DNA of 64,000 nucleotides from Pseudomonadota bacterium (GTDB lineage Bacteria; Pseudomonadota; Alphaproteobacteria; Paracaedibacterales; CAITNM01): NCBI GenBank assembly GCA_018062345.1, contig JAGOSL010000007.1, positions 1,598 to 65,597 of the forward strand, read 5' to 3'. Shown piece by piece: positions 55,398 to 64,000 of this stretch (position 1 is its first letter; each line of letters starts with the position of its first letter). The notes under the pieces were generated by a model. It saw only the letters and a program-made list of their open reading frames with translations, ran no database searches and was not told where the DNA came from. The position numbers and the translations under genes were made by a program.

Positions 55398-56318
55398 CTA
55401 ACCTGTGTATAAGACATAACGCAACCATTTAAGCGGGGGAAAGCGCCAGGCTTTATGTTCAATATAAGACATTGAGGACTGCTGATAAGGCATTAAACTG
55501 AACGAAGATTCATGGGGATGGCGATGCTGCCATTTTATCATTGGCAAAAAATCATCTTCCGATACAGCAATCATTCGGTTTGAATGTTTTAGAAGTGAGA
55601 TATTCAACAAAGATTGATCGTGCAAATGTCTGCTTTTTCCATAACCTTTCAAGTAACTGGGATTGGTACATAGATCAAGCCAGAATTTGACAAAATTACG
55701 CGCCGCTTGGCAATTACGAAATATCATAAACCCTGCCCACACCTGCGGCGTACTATCAAAATTAGGATAAGTTGAGACCCCCAGCTCGCTAGCAACTTGT
55801 GCGTCAATAGTTGTTTTTAAAGTACCTTCCTTATCATTAGAGTACCTATAAAAAATACCATCATTTTCTTGCAAATGCTTTAAAATTGGCATAAGCGAGT
55901 TTGTAAAAATTGCCCCGGTATCAGCGTAAATAATAACACAGCCTTCTGGCGTATTTTCCATTGTTTTTAAAATAAAATATGGCTTCCACAACCACCAACC
56001 AGCACCGGTCTTTTCACCTAGGACGCTTTGATTTTTTTTATAAAATGCTTCATCAATGTGAGAACGCCTGTAATTAAAAATGAAATCAATGCCTCGATTT
56101 AGCGCTGACTGAGAAAGTGCATTTTGATTTTGAAAAAAAACTTGGTGGCCATCTGCGTAGGAAATCAAATAAATTCCGTTACTAAATATTTTCTTGTCAG
56201 CCTGGAAATCAGGATTAGAAACGGGATCAATACTTCGGGTCGAAATATCGAAAAGTGTATACCCCAGCTGAAGGCAGCCATAACATATAAAAAAAGCTAT
56301 AAATATTTTTTTCATCAT
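55398..56318 (-). CDS. Hypothetical secreted/anchored protein, possibly a GT-A-fold nucleotide-sugar transferase
   Basis: 306 aa with hydrophobic N-terminus MMKKIFIAFFICYGCLQLG. The segment GAGWWLWKPYFILKTMENTPEGCVIIYADTGAIF resembles W.K....L...G..V.Y.D.D blocks of GT-A transferases. This is weak and from memory only. Confidence 0.4.
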   Translation of the reverse strand: MMKKIFIAFFICYGCLQLGYTLFDISTRSIDPVSNPDFQADKKIFSNGIYLISYADGHQVFFQNQNALSQSALNRGIDFIFNYRRSHIDEAFYKKNQSVLGEKTGAGWWLWKPYFILKTMENTPEGCVIIYADTGAIFTNSLMPILKHLQENDGIFYRYSNDKEGTLKTTIDAQVASELGVSTYPNFDSTPQVWAGFMIFRNCQAARNFVKFWLDLCTNPSYLKGYGKSRHLHDQSLLNISLLKHSNRMIAVSEDDFLPMIKWQHRHPHESSFSLMPYQQSSMSYIEHKAWRFPPLKWLRYVLYTG

Positions 56319-56320
56319 CG

Positions 56321-56917
56321 TTATTGTATACCCAGCAGCACTTTTTCAAAAAGCTTAAATGCATTTGCGCGATGAGATGTTTGCGCTTTTTCAAGCTTTG
56401 TCATTTGTGCATAGGTTCTGGTATCCCCCAATGGGATAAACATAGAATCATAGCCAAAACCATTGTCCCCACGTGTTGGCCAAACCAGATGCCCCTGACT
56501 TCGCCCCTTAAAAATTTTTGATAAACCATCTGGCCAAGTTACTGCCAATACACACTCAAAGTAGGCCTCTCGAGACTTATCACCGAGCAATTGATGAACT
56601 TTCTGGCAAGCTTTGTCAAAATTCCGCTCTGCCCCTGCCCACCGTGCCGAATAAACCCCGGGCATTCCATCAAGAGCAGGAACAACAAGCCCAGAATCAT
56701 CCGCTAAAGAAATGTGACCGGTTTTATTCGTAGTATATATTGCTTTTAAAAGAGCATTGCCTTCAAAACTGCTTTCAGTTTCTTCTGGCTCATCTATGTT
56801 TAGATTTCCAGAACTATTGATATGCAAACCATACGGGGAAAGTAGAGTTTTAATTTCTTCTAGCTTTCCCTGATTATGCGTTGCCAAGACAATCACATCA
56901 CCTGCTTTAAGCCGCAA
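56321..56917 (-). CDS. rdgB: Non-canonical purine NTP pyrophosphatase (RdgB/HAM1)
   Basis: 198 aa with VLATHNQGKLEEI, DDSGL and FGYDSMF. Confidence 0.9.
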   Translation of the reverse strand: MRLKAGDVIVLATHNQGKLEEIKTLLSPYGLHINSSGNLNIDEPEETESSFEGNALLKAIYTTNKTGHISLADDSGLVVPALDGMPGVYSARWAGAERNFDKACQKVHQLLGDKSREAYFECVLAVTWPDGLSKIFKGRSQGHLVWPTRGDNGFGYDSMFIPLGDTRTYAQMTKLEKAQTSHRANAFKLFEKVLLGIQ

Positions 56918-58028
56918 TGATTGCCTCTCCTGGCGCGACGTACTGCATGTTTAGATCGTTAGCAACAACTTCATGCGTAATGTGTCCTTTGTAAACATTA
57001 AGACCGCGGAGTAAGTGTGGATCATTTTGTAATGCTTGCTTGTAACCTTTGTTTGCGAGCGCCATGGTGAATGGCAAAGTAGCATTATTAAGTGCAAAAG
57101 TTGACGTTCTAGCAACTGCACCTGGCATGTTAGTGACACAATAATGCAAAATGCCATCAATTTCATAATACGGATCTGCGTGAGTAGTAGGACGGCTTGT
57201 CTCAAAACATCCACCTTGGTCAATCGCAACGTCTACTAAAACGCTTCCAGGATTCATTGTTTTTAGCATATTACGCGTTACCAAACGTGGAGCAGCGGCA
57301 CCAACAACAAGCACAGCACCAATGACAAGATCTGCCTTTGCCACAAGAGCCTCAACAGTTGCCTGGGTTGAAAATGCGGTTTTTAATCTCCCCATAAACA
57401 TCCAGTCAAGCTCATTCAATCTCTTCAAATTACGATCGACAATGGTTACATCAGCACCTAATGCTGTTGCCATACGCGCTGCATTTGCGCCAACTACACC
57501 GCCGCCAAGCACAACAACTTTTGCAGGAACAACGCCTGGAACACTTCCAAGCAATACACCCTTGCCACCTTGGCTTTTTTCAAGCATCCATGCCCCAACT
57601 TGCACAGACATGCGTCCAGCCACCTCGCTCATAGGTGCCAAAAGAGGCAAACCACCACGCTCATCTGTTACGGTTTCATAGGCAATCGCTACACATTTTG
57701 AATTAATCAGTCCTTTTGCTTGCTCAGGATCTGGTGCCAAATGTAAATAGGTAAATAAAATCTGGTTTTCTTTTATAAGGCCATACTCACTAGCTTGAGG
57801 TTCCTTAACCTTTACAATCATATCAGCAGCGTCAAAAACTTCTTTCGCCGTTGGTAAAATTTTAGCTCCAGCTGATTTGTACTCATCATCTGTTAAACCA
57901 ATTCCCATACCGGCATTTGTCTCAACAACAACTTCGTGGCCAGCACTAACTAATTCTTTCACTGACAATGACGTTAAACCAACGCGATACTCGTGATTTT
58001 TTATTTCCTTTGGAACACCAATTTTCAT
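56907..58028 (-). CDS. ald: Alanine dehydrogenase
   Basis: 373 aa with [19 protein letters not shown] and the NAD fold [14 protein letters not shown]. Confidence 0.93.
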   Translation of the reverse strand: MKIGVPKEIKNHEYRVGLTSLSVKELVSAGHEVVVETNAGMGIGLTDDEYKSAGAKILPTAKEVFDAADMIVKVKEPQASEYGLIKENQILFTYLHLAPDPEQAKGLINSKCVAIAYETVTDERGGLPLLAPMSEVAGRMSVQVGAWMLEKSQGGKGVLLGSVPGVVPAKVVVLGGGVVGANAARMATALGADVTIVDRNLKRLNELDWMFMGRLKTAFSTQATVEALVAKADLVIGAVLVVGAAAPRLVTRNMLKTMNPGSVLVDVAIDQGGCFETSRPTTHADPYYEIDGILHYCVTNMPGAVARTSTFALNNATLPFTMALANKGYKQALQNDPHLLRGLNVYKGHITHEVVANDLNMQYVAPGEAIIAA

Positions 58029-58215
58029 GCATTTACTTAGATCAAAAACGATACACCTTAATAGCCGTTTCGACGATAAATTTCAATTAAAGAAATGAAA
58101 ACAAAGAAAAAAATTACAATCGTTTGGCCTGAAGATTCTAAACAAGAAATCTCTTTCATTTATGCTAATGACATTGGTGCACTAAGTCGCTATGCTCTGC
58201 ACATAATTTCAACAA

Positions 58216-60105
58216 GTGACGCAGATAATGCTACGCTATTCCTTCATCATTTTATCAACATTTTTTCTTACCCTGAGCGCTGAAAAAACGCACGCAATAG
58301 CACGTTTTGGCAAACCAGCATATGCAAAGGGTTTTAATAGTTTTCCTTATGTGAATGTAAACGCGCCAAAGAAAGGCGTGCTGAAGCTAAGTACGATTGG
58401 TACGTTTGACACTATCAACCCACACGCGATAAAAGGAACAAAAGCAGAAGGAGTATTAGTTTTGTGCTTTGATCCTTTAATGGTCAGAAATTCAGAGGAG
58501 TCTTTTACACTGTATGGTTTAGTTGCCGAATACGTAGATATAGCACCTGATAATTCTCAAATAACGTATTACATTAATCCCAGTGCAAAGTTTCACGATG
58601 GCACAGCAATCACTGCAAAGGATGTGAAATTCACTTATGAATACTTGCTTGAACAAGGACCTCCTGTGTACAAACACTACTACGGAAAAATTGAGAAGAT
58701 AGAAATTATTGATGATTTGACCATTCGCCTTACCCTTAAAAAGGAAGAAGATGGCACTTATAATCCTGAATTGCCCTTTAACCTTTCCTTAATGCGCCCT
58801 TTACCAATGCATATTTTAGAAGGAAAAGAGTTGGCTTCCTTTAACTTTGAACAGTGCCCGGGTACGGGAATGTACAAAATTGAGAGCGTAGATCAGGGTC
58901 GTAGCATTTCTTATGTGAAGGTACCTAATTACTGGGGCGAAAATTTGAGCGTTGTCAAAGGTATGAACAACTTTGAACATATTCGCATTGATTACTACAA
59001 AACAACCCAAGCACAGTTCCAAGGATTCACTGCTGGTGAGTTTGATGCATTCTTTGAAACGAACCCTGCGAACTGGGAAACTGGGTACGATTTCCCTGCA
59101 GTCAAAGATGGCAGGGTTAAGAAAATGGATTTAGTGCATGAGCGCTCAGTCGCTGTACGCACAATTTTGTATAATATGAAGCGCCCTATTTTTGCAAGCT
59201 GGCAGGTACGAAAAGCTATTGCACTGGCATTTGATTTTGACACCTTGAATAAGATGATTTTCTCAGGATCAATGCAACCAGCAGACAGTTTGTTCGCCAA
59301 TACATACCTAGCCCATAAAGGTGCCGCAAGCGAAGAAGAATTAAAAACTCTAGAAAAATATAAAACAAAAGTTCCCGAAGAACTTTATGAATCGATGGTT
59401 AAAACTGGGTTTATGCCTGCTCGCACAAAAGGCGATGGAGATCAGCGCGAAAGCTTAGAGAAAGCTGGAAAATTATTAGACTCTGCTGGTTGGAAAATTA
59501 AAGATGGTATTCGTAAAAACAGTGCGGGTGAACCACTTAAAATAGAGCTCATGTACAAAGATTTGAAACTTGAAAAAATTGTTCTTTCATTCAAAGAAGG
59601 CTTGCGCAAACTTGGGGTTGAGTTGATTGTGCGTGTTATGGACAATGCTCAGTATGAAAATCGCGTGCAAGATCGTGATTTCGATATGATTATTCACACC
59701 TGGGCAAATAGTACTTCGCCTGGTAATGAGCAGGTATTTTACTTTTCTCAAAAAATGGCAGATGTAAGCGGCAGTAGCAATTACTTAGGGCTAAAGGATC
59801 CAATTGCTGAGGAACTAGCAATAAATCTTGCAGATGCTAAAACGCCTGATGAGCTTGCAACCAGAGCACATATGCTAGATCGTTATGTTATGAATATGTA
59901 TTATCAAGTACCTTTGTTCTACGATAACACGAACAGATTTGCATACTGGGTGGATAAGCTAGCATTCCCAGAAATCAATCCCAAAGTTGGCACAAATGTA
60001 ATGGCATATGGATGGCAACCAGAAGCAGTGCAAACGACAAGCTGCTCGCAAGAAGGATTTTTCTGCAAAATTAAGAGTTTTGTGAAATCATTTTTTGGAA
60101 AGTAA
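58216..60105 (+). CDS. ABC transporter periplasmic substrate-binding protein, family 5 (oligopeptide/YejA-like)
   Basis: 629 aa with a GTG start and signal peptide MTQIMLRYSFIILSTFFLTLSA. It has the size and blocks (FHDGTAITAKDVKFTYE, DMIIHTW) typical of SBP_bac_5. No cognate permease or ATPase genes are adjacent. Confidence 0.8.
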   Translation: MTQIMLRYSFIILSTFFLTLSAEKTHAIARFGKPAYAKGFNSFPYVNVNAPKKGVLKLSTIGTFDTINPHAIKGTKAEGVLVLCFDPLMVRNSEESFTLYGLVAEYVDIAPDNSQITYYINPSAKFHDGTAITAKDVKFTYEYLLEQGPPVYKHYYGKIEKIEIIDDLTIRLTLKKEEDGTYNPELPFNLSLMRPLPMHILEGKELASFNFEQCPGTGMYKIESVDQGRSISYVKVPNYWGENLSVVKGMNNFEHIRIDYYKTTQAQFQGFTAGEFDAFFETNPANWETGYDFPAVKDGRVKKMDLVHERSVAVRTILYNMKRPIFASWQVRKAIALAFDFDTLNKMIFSGSMQPADSLFANTYLAHKGAASEEELKTLEKYKTKVPEELYESMVKTGFMPARTKGDGDQRESLEKAGKLLDSAGWKIKDGIRKNSAGEPLKIELMYKDLKLEKIVLSFKEGLRKLGVELIVRVMDNAQYENRVQDRDFDMIIHTWANSTSPGNEQVFYFSQKMADVSGSSNYLGLKDPIAEELAINLADAKTPDELATRAHMLDRYVMNMYYQVPLFYDNTNRFAYWVDKLAFPEINPKVGTNVMAYGWQPEAVQTTSCSQEGFFCKIKSFVKSFFGK

Positions 60106-60125
60106 TATCACTGAGTAATAAAATT

Positions 60126-60217
60126 GGATTGCTGCGGCCTTGCGAGCCTTCGCAAGAGGGTCAAATTTGACGACGTTATCACGAGATTACGCACTAGCTA
60201 AAGCGATCCAGTTTTTT
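60126..60217 (+). other. GC-rich structured element ending in a T6 run (compound terminator or small RNA candidate)
   Basis: An outer helix GGATTGCT / AGCGATCC (one G-T pair) encloses the hairpin CTTGCGA-gcct-TCGCAAG (60139..60156) and the palindrome GTCAAATTTGAC. It is followed by TTTTTT (60212..60217). Local G+C is clearly above the flanks. Confidence 0.3.
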
Positions 60218-60500
60218 AACACCATATAACCTTATCTATTAATACTGGCAGAAAAACGATTACCACAATTTTCCTGAATAGTAACATCACACGAGAATAG
60301 TGGTCTATGTAGCTAGAAACCAAACACATTCAAAGTGTCCTTTTTCTTATGAAAGTAAGAACCCACCCCTTAGCAAAACTTAGCTGGGATATGCATACCA
60401 GCGAAACGCTGCATCTTTATTTGTTTAATTTTTTCATTAACCTTCTCTTAGGTATTTGCATGGCAAAGTTTAAATAGAAAAAAAAACAAAAGAGGATTCA

Positions 60501-60659
60501 ATGCTGCAATTCATTACCATTCTAAGTATTTCTACGATTTTATCTGTTGCTGCCTATAAAATGCAGCATAGTGAAATGCAGGCAGGCAAAAAGCTACAGC
60601 TAGACACAAGAACCGCAAACTCAGCCCTGCTTCAATTAAGTTCTTACTCTACTGACTGA
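60501..60659 (+). CDS. Candidate 52-aa small membrane protein
   Basis: Hand-found: MLQFITILSISTILSVAAYKMQHSEMQAGKKLQLDTRTANSALLQLSSYSTD. AGAGGA lies 4 nt upstream. It has one TM helix. Its 3' end overlaps tlyC by 11 nt. No homology recognised. Confidence 0.25.
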   Translation: MLQFITILSISTILSVAAYKMQHSEMQAGKKLQLDTRTANSALLQLSSYSTD

Positions 60660-61926
60660 TATCTTGTTGCTGTGGAGGCGTTACTTTAACTAATGTAATT
60701 TGGTTACGTTGACGCCTTAAAATTTCAAATCGGAACCCTCTCCAATTAAATATTTGGCCAACTGTAGGCAACACACGAAATTGGATGATCAACAGACCTG
60801 CAAGAGTTGCCGCTTCATCATCAGGTAATTCCCAATCAAATTGCCGATTTAAATCACGAAGAGTGACATTTCCATAAATAACAAAACTTCCATCTGGCTG
60901 AGGACGCACACCACGCACATTAACGTCATGTTCGTCGGCAATGTCACCGACAATTTCTTCTAAAACGTCTTCTAACGTTACAATTCCCATGAGAGCGCCA
61001 TACTCGTCTACCACCAAGGCAAAATGCTCACGTCGCTGCCTAAATGCATGAAGTTGCTCTAATAGATCTGTGCTTTCTGGTGTAAACCATGGCTTATGCG
61101 CAATGTCAACTATATTGAGATTATCGAGCGATCCAGAATGAGCCCGCACAGCTCTTAGCAGCGCTTTTGTATTAATAACACCTACTATATTGTCAGGATT
61201 TCCTTGCCATAAAGGTAAGCGGGTAAACGGACACGCTAGGACTTGATCAACAATTTCCGTTGGCGAATCATCTGCGTTCACCATAGTCACATTTTGACGA
61301 TGCACCATAATCTCAGAAACTTGCACAGACCCAAGATCTAGAATACTTTTTAGCATTGCCTTCTCGTGAAGAGTATCTTGGCCTGGACCATCGTGCATAT
61401 CAATAGCACCACGTAGTTCTTCCATTTTTGCTTGGTTATCTTCAGCTTTTACTTTGAAACCAAATATCCTTATTAAAAATGTGACAAAAAGAGACAAGGC
61501 CTTGTTTATTGGCAAAAATAAGTTATAAAAAAAACGAATTCCAGGCGCTGCAAACATCAAAAATCGAATTGTATCTTGTATTGCAAGAGTTTTCGGTAAC
61601 ATTTCGGCAAAAACCAAGACAATTGCACCCGTTGCAACGGAAGCAATAACAGCAGCAACAGTTGAATTATCACCAACTAAATCGAATGTTAAACTAGCTA
61701 AAACTGATGCAATAGCAGCATTTAATAGGGTATTGTAGGCCAAAACAGAACTTACAACCATGCTTAAATGTTGTTGCAAATCTCGAATGATTTTCGCCGA
61801 TTTATTACCGGCTTTCGCGAGCTGGTGCAATTTTGGCCGAGAAGCAAATGTAATAGCCGTTTCAGAAGCTGAGAAAAATGATGAACAAAGCAATAACACA
61901 ACAAAAAGTATTATAAGAGTAATCAT
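60649..61926 (-). CDS. tlyC: Hemolysin C / CNNM-family protein (DUF21 + CBS pair + CorC_HlyC)
   Basis: 425 aa with four N-terminal TM segments containing SASETA, a CBS pair and a C-terminal transporter-associated domain. Confidence 0.88.
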   Translation of the reverse strand: MITLIILFVVLLLCSSFFSASETAITFASRPKLHQLAKAGNKSAKIIRDLQQHLSMVVSSVLAYNTLLNAAIASVLASLTFDLVGDNSTVAAVIASVATGAIVLVFAEMLPKTLAIQDTIRFLMFAAPGIRFFYNLFLPINKALSLFVTFLIRIFGFKVKAEDNQAKMEELRGAIDMHDGPGQDTLHEKAMLKSILDLGSVQVSEIMVHRQNVTMVNADDSPTEIVDQVLACPFTRLPLWQGNPDNIVGVINTKALLRAVRAHSGSLDNLNIVDIAHKPWFTPESTDLLEQLHAFRQRREHFALVVDEYGALMGIVTLEDVLEEIVGDIADEHDVNVRGVRPQPDGSFVIYGNVTLRDLNRQFDWELPDDEAATLAGLLIIQFRVLPTVGQIFNWRGFRFEILRRQRNQITLVKVTPPQQQDISQ

Positions 61927-62450
61927 CAGTGGCCTTTTACTATTTGAGTTTCTTCAAAATCACTACTAGAAGCTTTTTGCGCCCAGTGGGGAGTATTATT
62001 TCTTAGCTGTTCGTCATATTTTATAACGCGTTTTGCTGGCCGGTCACCGCACAAGGTCCCCCACATTTCATCACTACGCTGATGAAGACAGAAAAACTCA
62101 AGTGGCTTTGAATCACTGTTATTCATAATAGCTAATAGTTTTTGTAAAACAGCCATGTAGTGCGCAATTTGTTTAACTGTATCGTCTTTTGCGATAGATT
62201 GCTGATCTGAAATATTTTGCTGATCACAGCTCTGTAATAATTTTTTTGCATCTTCAACGTATTCATCAAACAATGTATCTAGTTGAAAATCTGATTTAGC
62301 GAGTTTCTTTTTTCTCACAAGATCATTTAATTGTTTAAGACTTTTGTGCACATAGATTCTTGATTGAGTGGTTATTGCGCTCTCCCCATAGAGAACTGAA
62401 AGCAGCGCTACGATGCAACATATTTTCTTCAATAACACGCTATTACTCAC
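61926..62450 (-). CDS. Hypothetical secreted protein
   Basis: 174 aa with a hydrophobic N-terminus (KICCIVALLSVLYGESA). Its stop overlaps the tlyC start, which suggests co-transcription in the order aroK, this gene, tlyC. Confidence 0.5.
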   Translation of the reverse strand: MSNSVLLKKICCIVALLSVLYGESAITTQSRIYVHKSLKQLNDLVRKKKLAKSDFQLDTLFDEYVEDAKKLLQSCDQQNISDQQSIAKDDTVKQIAHYMAVLQKLLAIMNNSDSKPLEFFCLHQRSDEMWGTLCGDRPAKRVIKYDEQLRNNTPHWAQKASSSDFEETQIVKGH

Positions 62451-62466
62451 TCTAAAAGAGTATTGG

Positions 62467-63072
62467 CTATACAGATTTTAAAACATAGTAATTTGGGTAC
62501 TTTGCTCGAATAAAATCACTCATCGCTTGTATTACCCTATCAACTGTTGCATTCGTCGGCTCATCTAATGTTTGTACATGCACATCAGCCTCTTCAAAAA
62601 CAGGGTAGCGTTCTTCGATAAGCTTATCTAAAACTTCACGATGATTTGAATCGGTAAACATTGGTCGATCGGTACGCCTCGAAACTCTGGCGACTAGGGT
62701 TTCAATGTCTGCTTTCAACCAAACAGAAATTGCTTTTTCTTTAACAATTTTTCTTGTTTGCTCATATGCAAATGATCCACCACCAGTTGCTAGAACATGC
62801 GTTGGTTGATCAAGCAAACGCTTAATAACTCTTTGCTCTCCATCAAGAAAGGATTGCTCTCCAAAAATTTCATAAATCTCTTTAATAGGGTAACCAGCAG
62901 CTTGCTCTACCTCAATATCTGAATCGTAGAAGGAAAGCTCTAATCTATTCGCTAAACGTTTTCCTATGCTTGTTTTTCCGCTACCCATCAGCCCAACCAA
63001 AACAATTGTTTTTGGCGGCATAAAACTCACTGTTATCTGTGATCGATTAGCTTGACTGAAATCGTCTCTCAT
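62467..63072 (-). CDS. aroK: Shikimate kinase
   Basis: 201-aa ORF with Walker A LVGLMGSGKTSIGKRLA and DSD and GGG motifs. The likely start is ATG 63021 (MPPKTIVLVG). Confidence 0.9.
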   Translation of the reverse strand: MRDDFSQANRSQITVSFMPPKTIVLVGLMGSGKTSIGKRLANRLELSFYDSDIEVEQAAGYPIKEIYEIFGEQSFLDGEQRVIKRLLDQPTHVLATGGGSFAYEQTRKIVKEKAISVWLKADIETLVARVSRRTDRPMFTDSNHREVLDKLIEERYPVFEEADVHVQTLDEPTNATVDRVIQAMSDFIRAKYPNYYVLKSV

Positions 63073-63156
63073 GAACCCAACGTAACCATTATCTTTAAAG
63101 TTAAATACACTAATAAATCCCAGGTGGGGACCTTACACAATATACCTTATCTAAGC

Positions 63157-64000
63157 TCAAGACACAAGTATTTCTCGTTTACCCTGATGATTAGCCGTGC
63201 TTACAATGCCCTGCTTTTCCATTTGCTCCACAAGGCGTGCGGCCTTATTGTAGCCTATTTGAAAGTGTCTTTGGATAAAACTGATTGAAATCTTATTTTC
63301 TCGTTTGATTAGTTCAACAGCTTGAGCGAATAAAGCATCACCTGCATTTGCATCGCTTGCTTCTGCTGACTGCGCAAACATGTCTTCAGTATCAGTTGTC
63401 ACGTCTTCAACATATGTAGGCTCTCCCTGCTCTTTCAGAAAGGCAACTACAGATTCAACTTCGGTATCTTTCATAAACGGACCATGAACACGAATGACTC
63501 TTCCCGCCCCACTCATATATAGCATATCCCCTTGACCCAAGAGTTGTTCTGCACCTTGCTCACCTAAAATAGTCCTACTATCAATTTTTGACGTCACTTG
63601 GAAGCTGATACGCGTTGGAAAATTCGCTTTGATTGTACCTGTAATAACGTCAACAGAAGGACGTTGAGTTGCCATAATCATATGAATTCCTGCAGCACGC
63701 GCCATTTGCGCCAAGCGTTGTACAGCTGCTTCGACTTCTTTACCTGCCACAATCATTAGATCAGCCATTTCATCAATCACAACAACAATATAAGGAAGAG
63801 GCTTTAGATCTAGCACTTGATTTTCAAATATCGCTTGCCCTGTGTCTGGATCAAATCCTGTTTGAACCCTTCGCGCAATAATTTCACCCTTCTCTTTTGC
63901 TTCCTTTAAGCGTGAGTTATACCCTTCAATATTTCTCACTCCAAGCCTTGCCATATTGCGATAACGAACCTCCATCTCTTGCACTGCCCACTTCAGCGCT
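63157..64000 (-). CDS. ftsK: DNA translocase FtsK, C-terminal motor and gamma domain; N-terminus outside the window
   Basis: The frame stays open to nt 64000 (..[27 protein letters not shown]). It has Walker [24 protein letters not shown] and the winged-helix gamma domain [24 protein letters not shown]. Confidence 0.92.
   Translation of the reverse strand, partial: ALKWAVQEMEVRYRNMARLGVRNIEGYNSRLKEAKEKGEIIARRVQTGFDPDTGQAIFENQVLDLKPLPYIVVVIDEMADLMIVAGKEVEAAVQRLAQMARAAGIHMIMATQRPSVDVITGTIKANFPTRISFQVTSKIDSRTILGEQGAEQLLGQGDMLYMSGAGRVIRVHGPFMKDTEVESVVAFLKEQGEPTYVEDVTTDTEDMFAQSAEASDANAGDALFAQAVELIKRENKISISFIQRHFQIGYNKAARLVEQMEKQGIVSTANHQGKREILVS

Noticed and set aside
58095-58283. 62-aa ORF upstream of and overlapping the SBP gene start.
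   Set aside because: It has no convincing SD and an unremarkable composition, and it overlaps the signal-peptide coding region of the 629-aa SBP gene in another frame.
1-64000. Search for CRISPR arrays, IS/transposase genes, integrases, prophage or toxin-antitoxin pairs.
   Set aside because: I saw no regularly spaced direct repeats, no transposase-, integrase- or phage-like ORFs in the six-frame track, and no small adjacent gene pairs with TA-like features.

Overview
The window is visibly AT-rich and densely coding (about 60 genes), with no rRNA, IS element, integrase, prophage or CRISPR array that I could see. The gene content looks like a host-associated, probably alphaproteobacterial, intracellular bacterium; this taxonomic call is inferred from content only. 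Housekeeping genes include rpoH, cydABX, lepB, tsaD, rsmA, dksA, dnaB, tyrS, rpmG, dusB plus a Fis-like gene, ddl-ftsQ, ald, aroK and ftsK. Host-interaction style genes include tlyC, ampG, a ProP-like MFS transporter, a patatin-like lipase and Sel1-like and MORN-like repeat proteins. Three genes missing from the ORF track were found by hand: an edge-truncated ampG (1..1243), cydX (10104..10196) and rpmG (46610..46780). tRNA-Ser(UGA) was also found by hand at 1334..1423. The most interesting content is a dispersed type VI secretion system (T6SS). vgrG (17142..19286) is tightly coupled to an acidic MORN/YwqK-repeat gene. About 10 kb away, an orphan tssF-tssG pair (29143..31922) is preceded by two tandem paralogous genes (24413..26512 and 26591..29077). 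Their products carry, in the correct order, an OTU-like cysteine-protease signature (GDGMCG ... LWAI.NNLNIFVF ... HYD). This signature is split by a 320-420 residue helical insertion, so they are candidate Lot-type deubiquitinase effectors. A large Sel1-like repeat protein converges on tssG. Other points are a cydA-cydB-cydX operon whose cydX stop overlaps the start of an Atm1-type ABC exporter, and several lineage-specific signal-peptide proteins, one with a novel ~36-aa W.EYLSKI repeat. A 540-bp gene-free gap between convergent genes contains a GC-rich structured element. All functional calls rest on motif recognition by eye and no database search was run.
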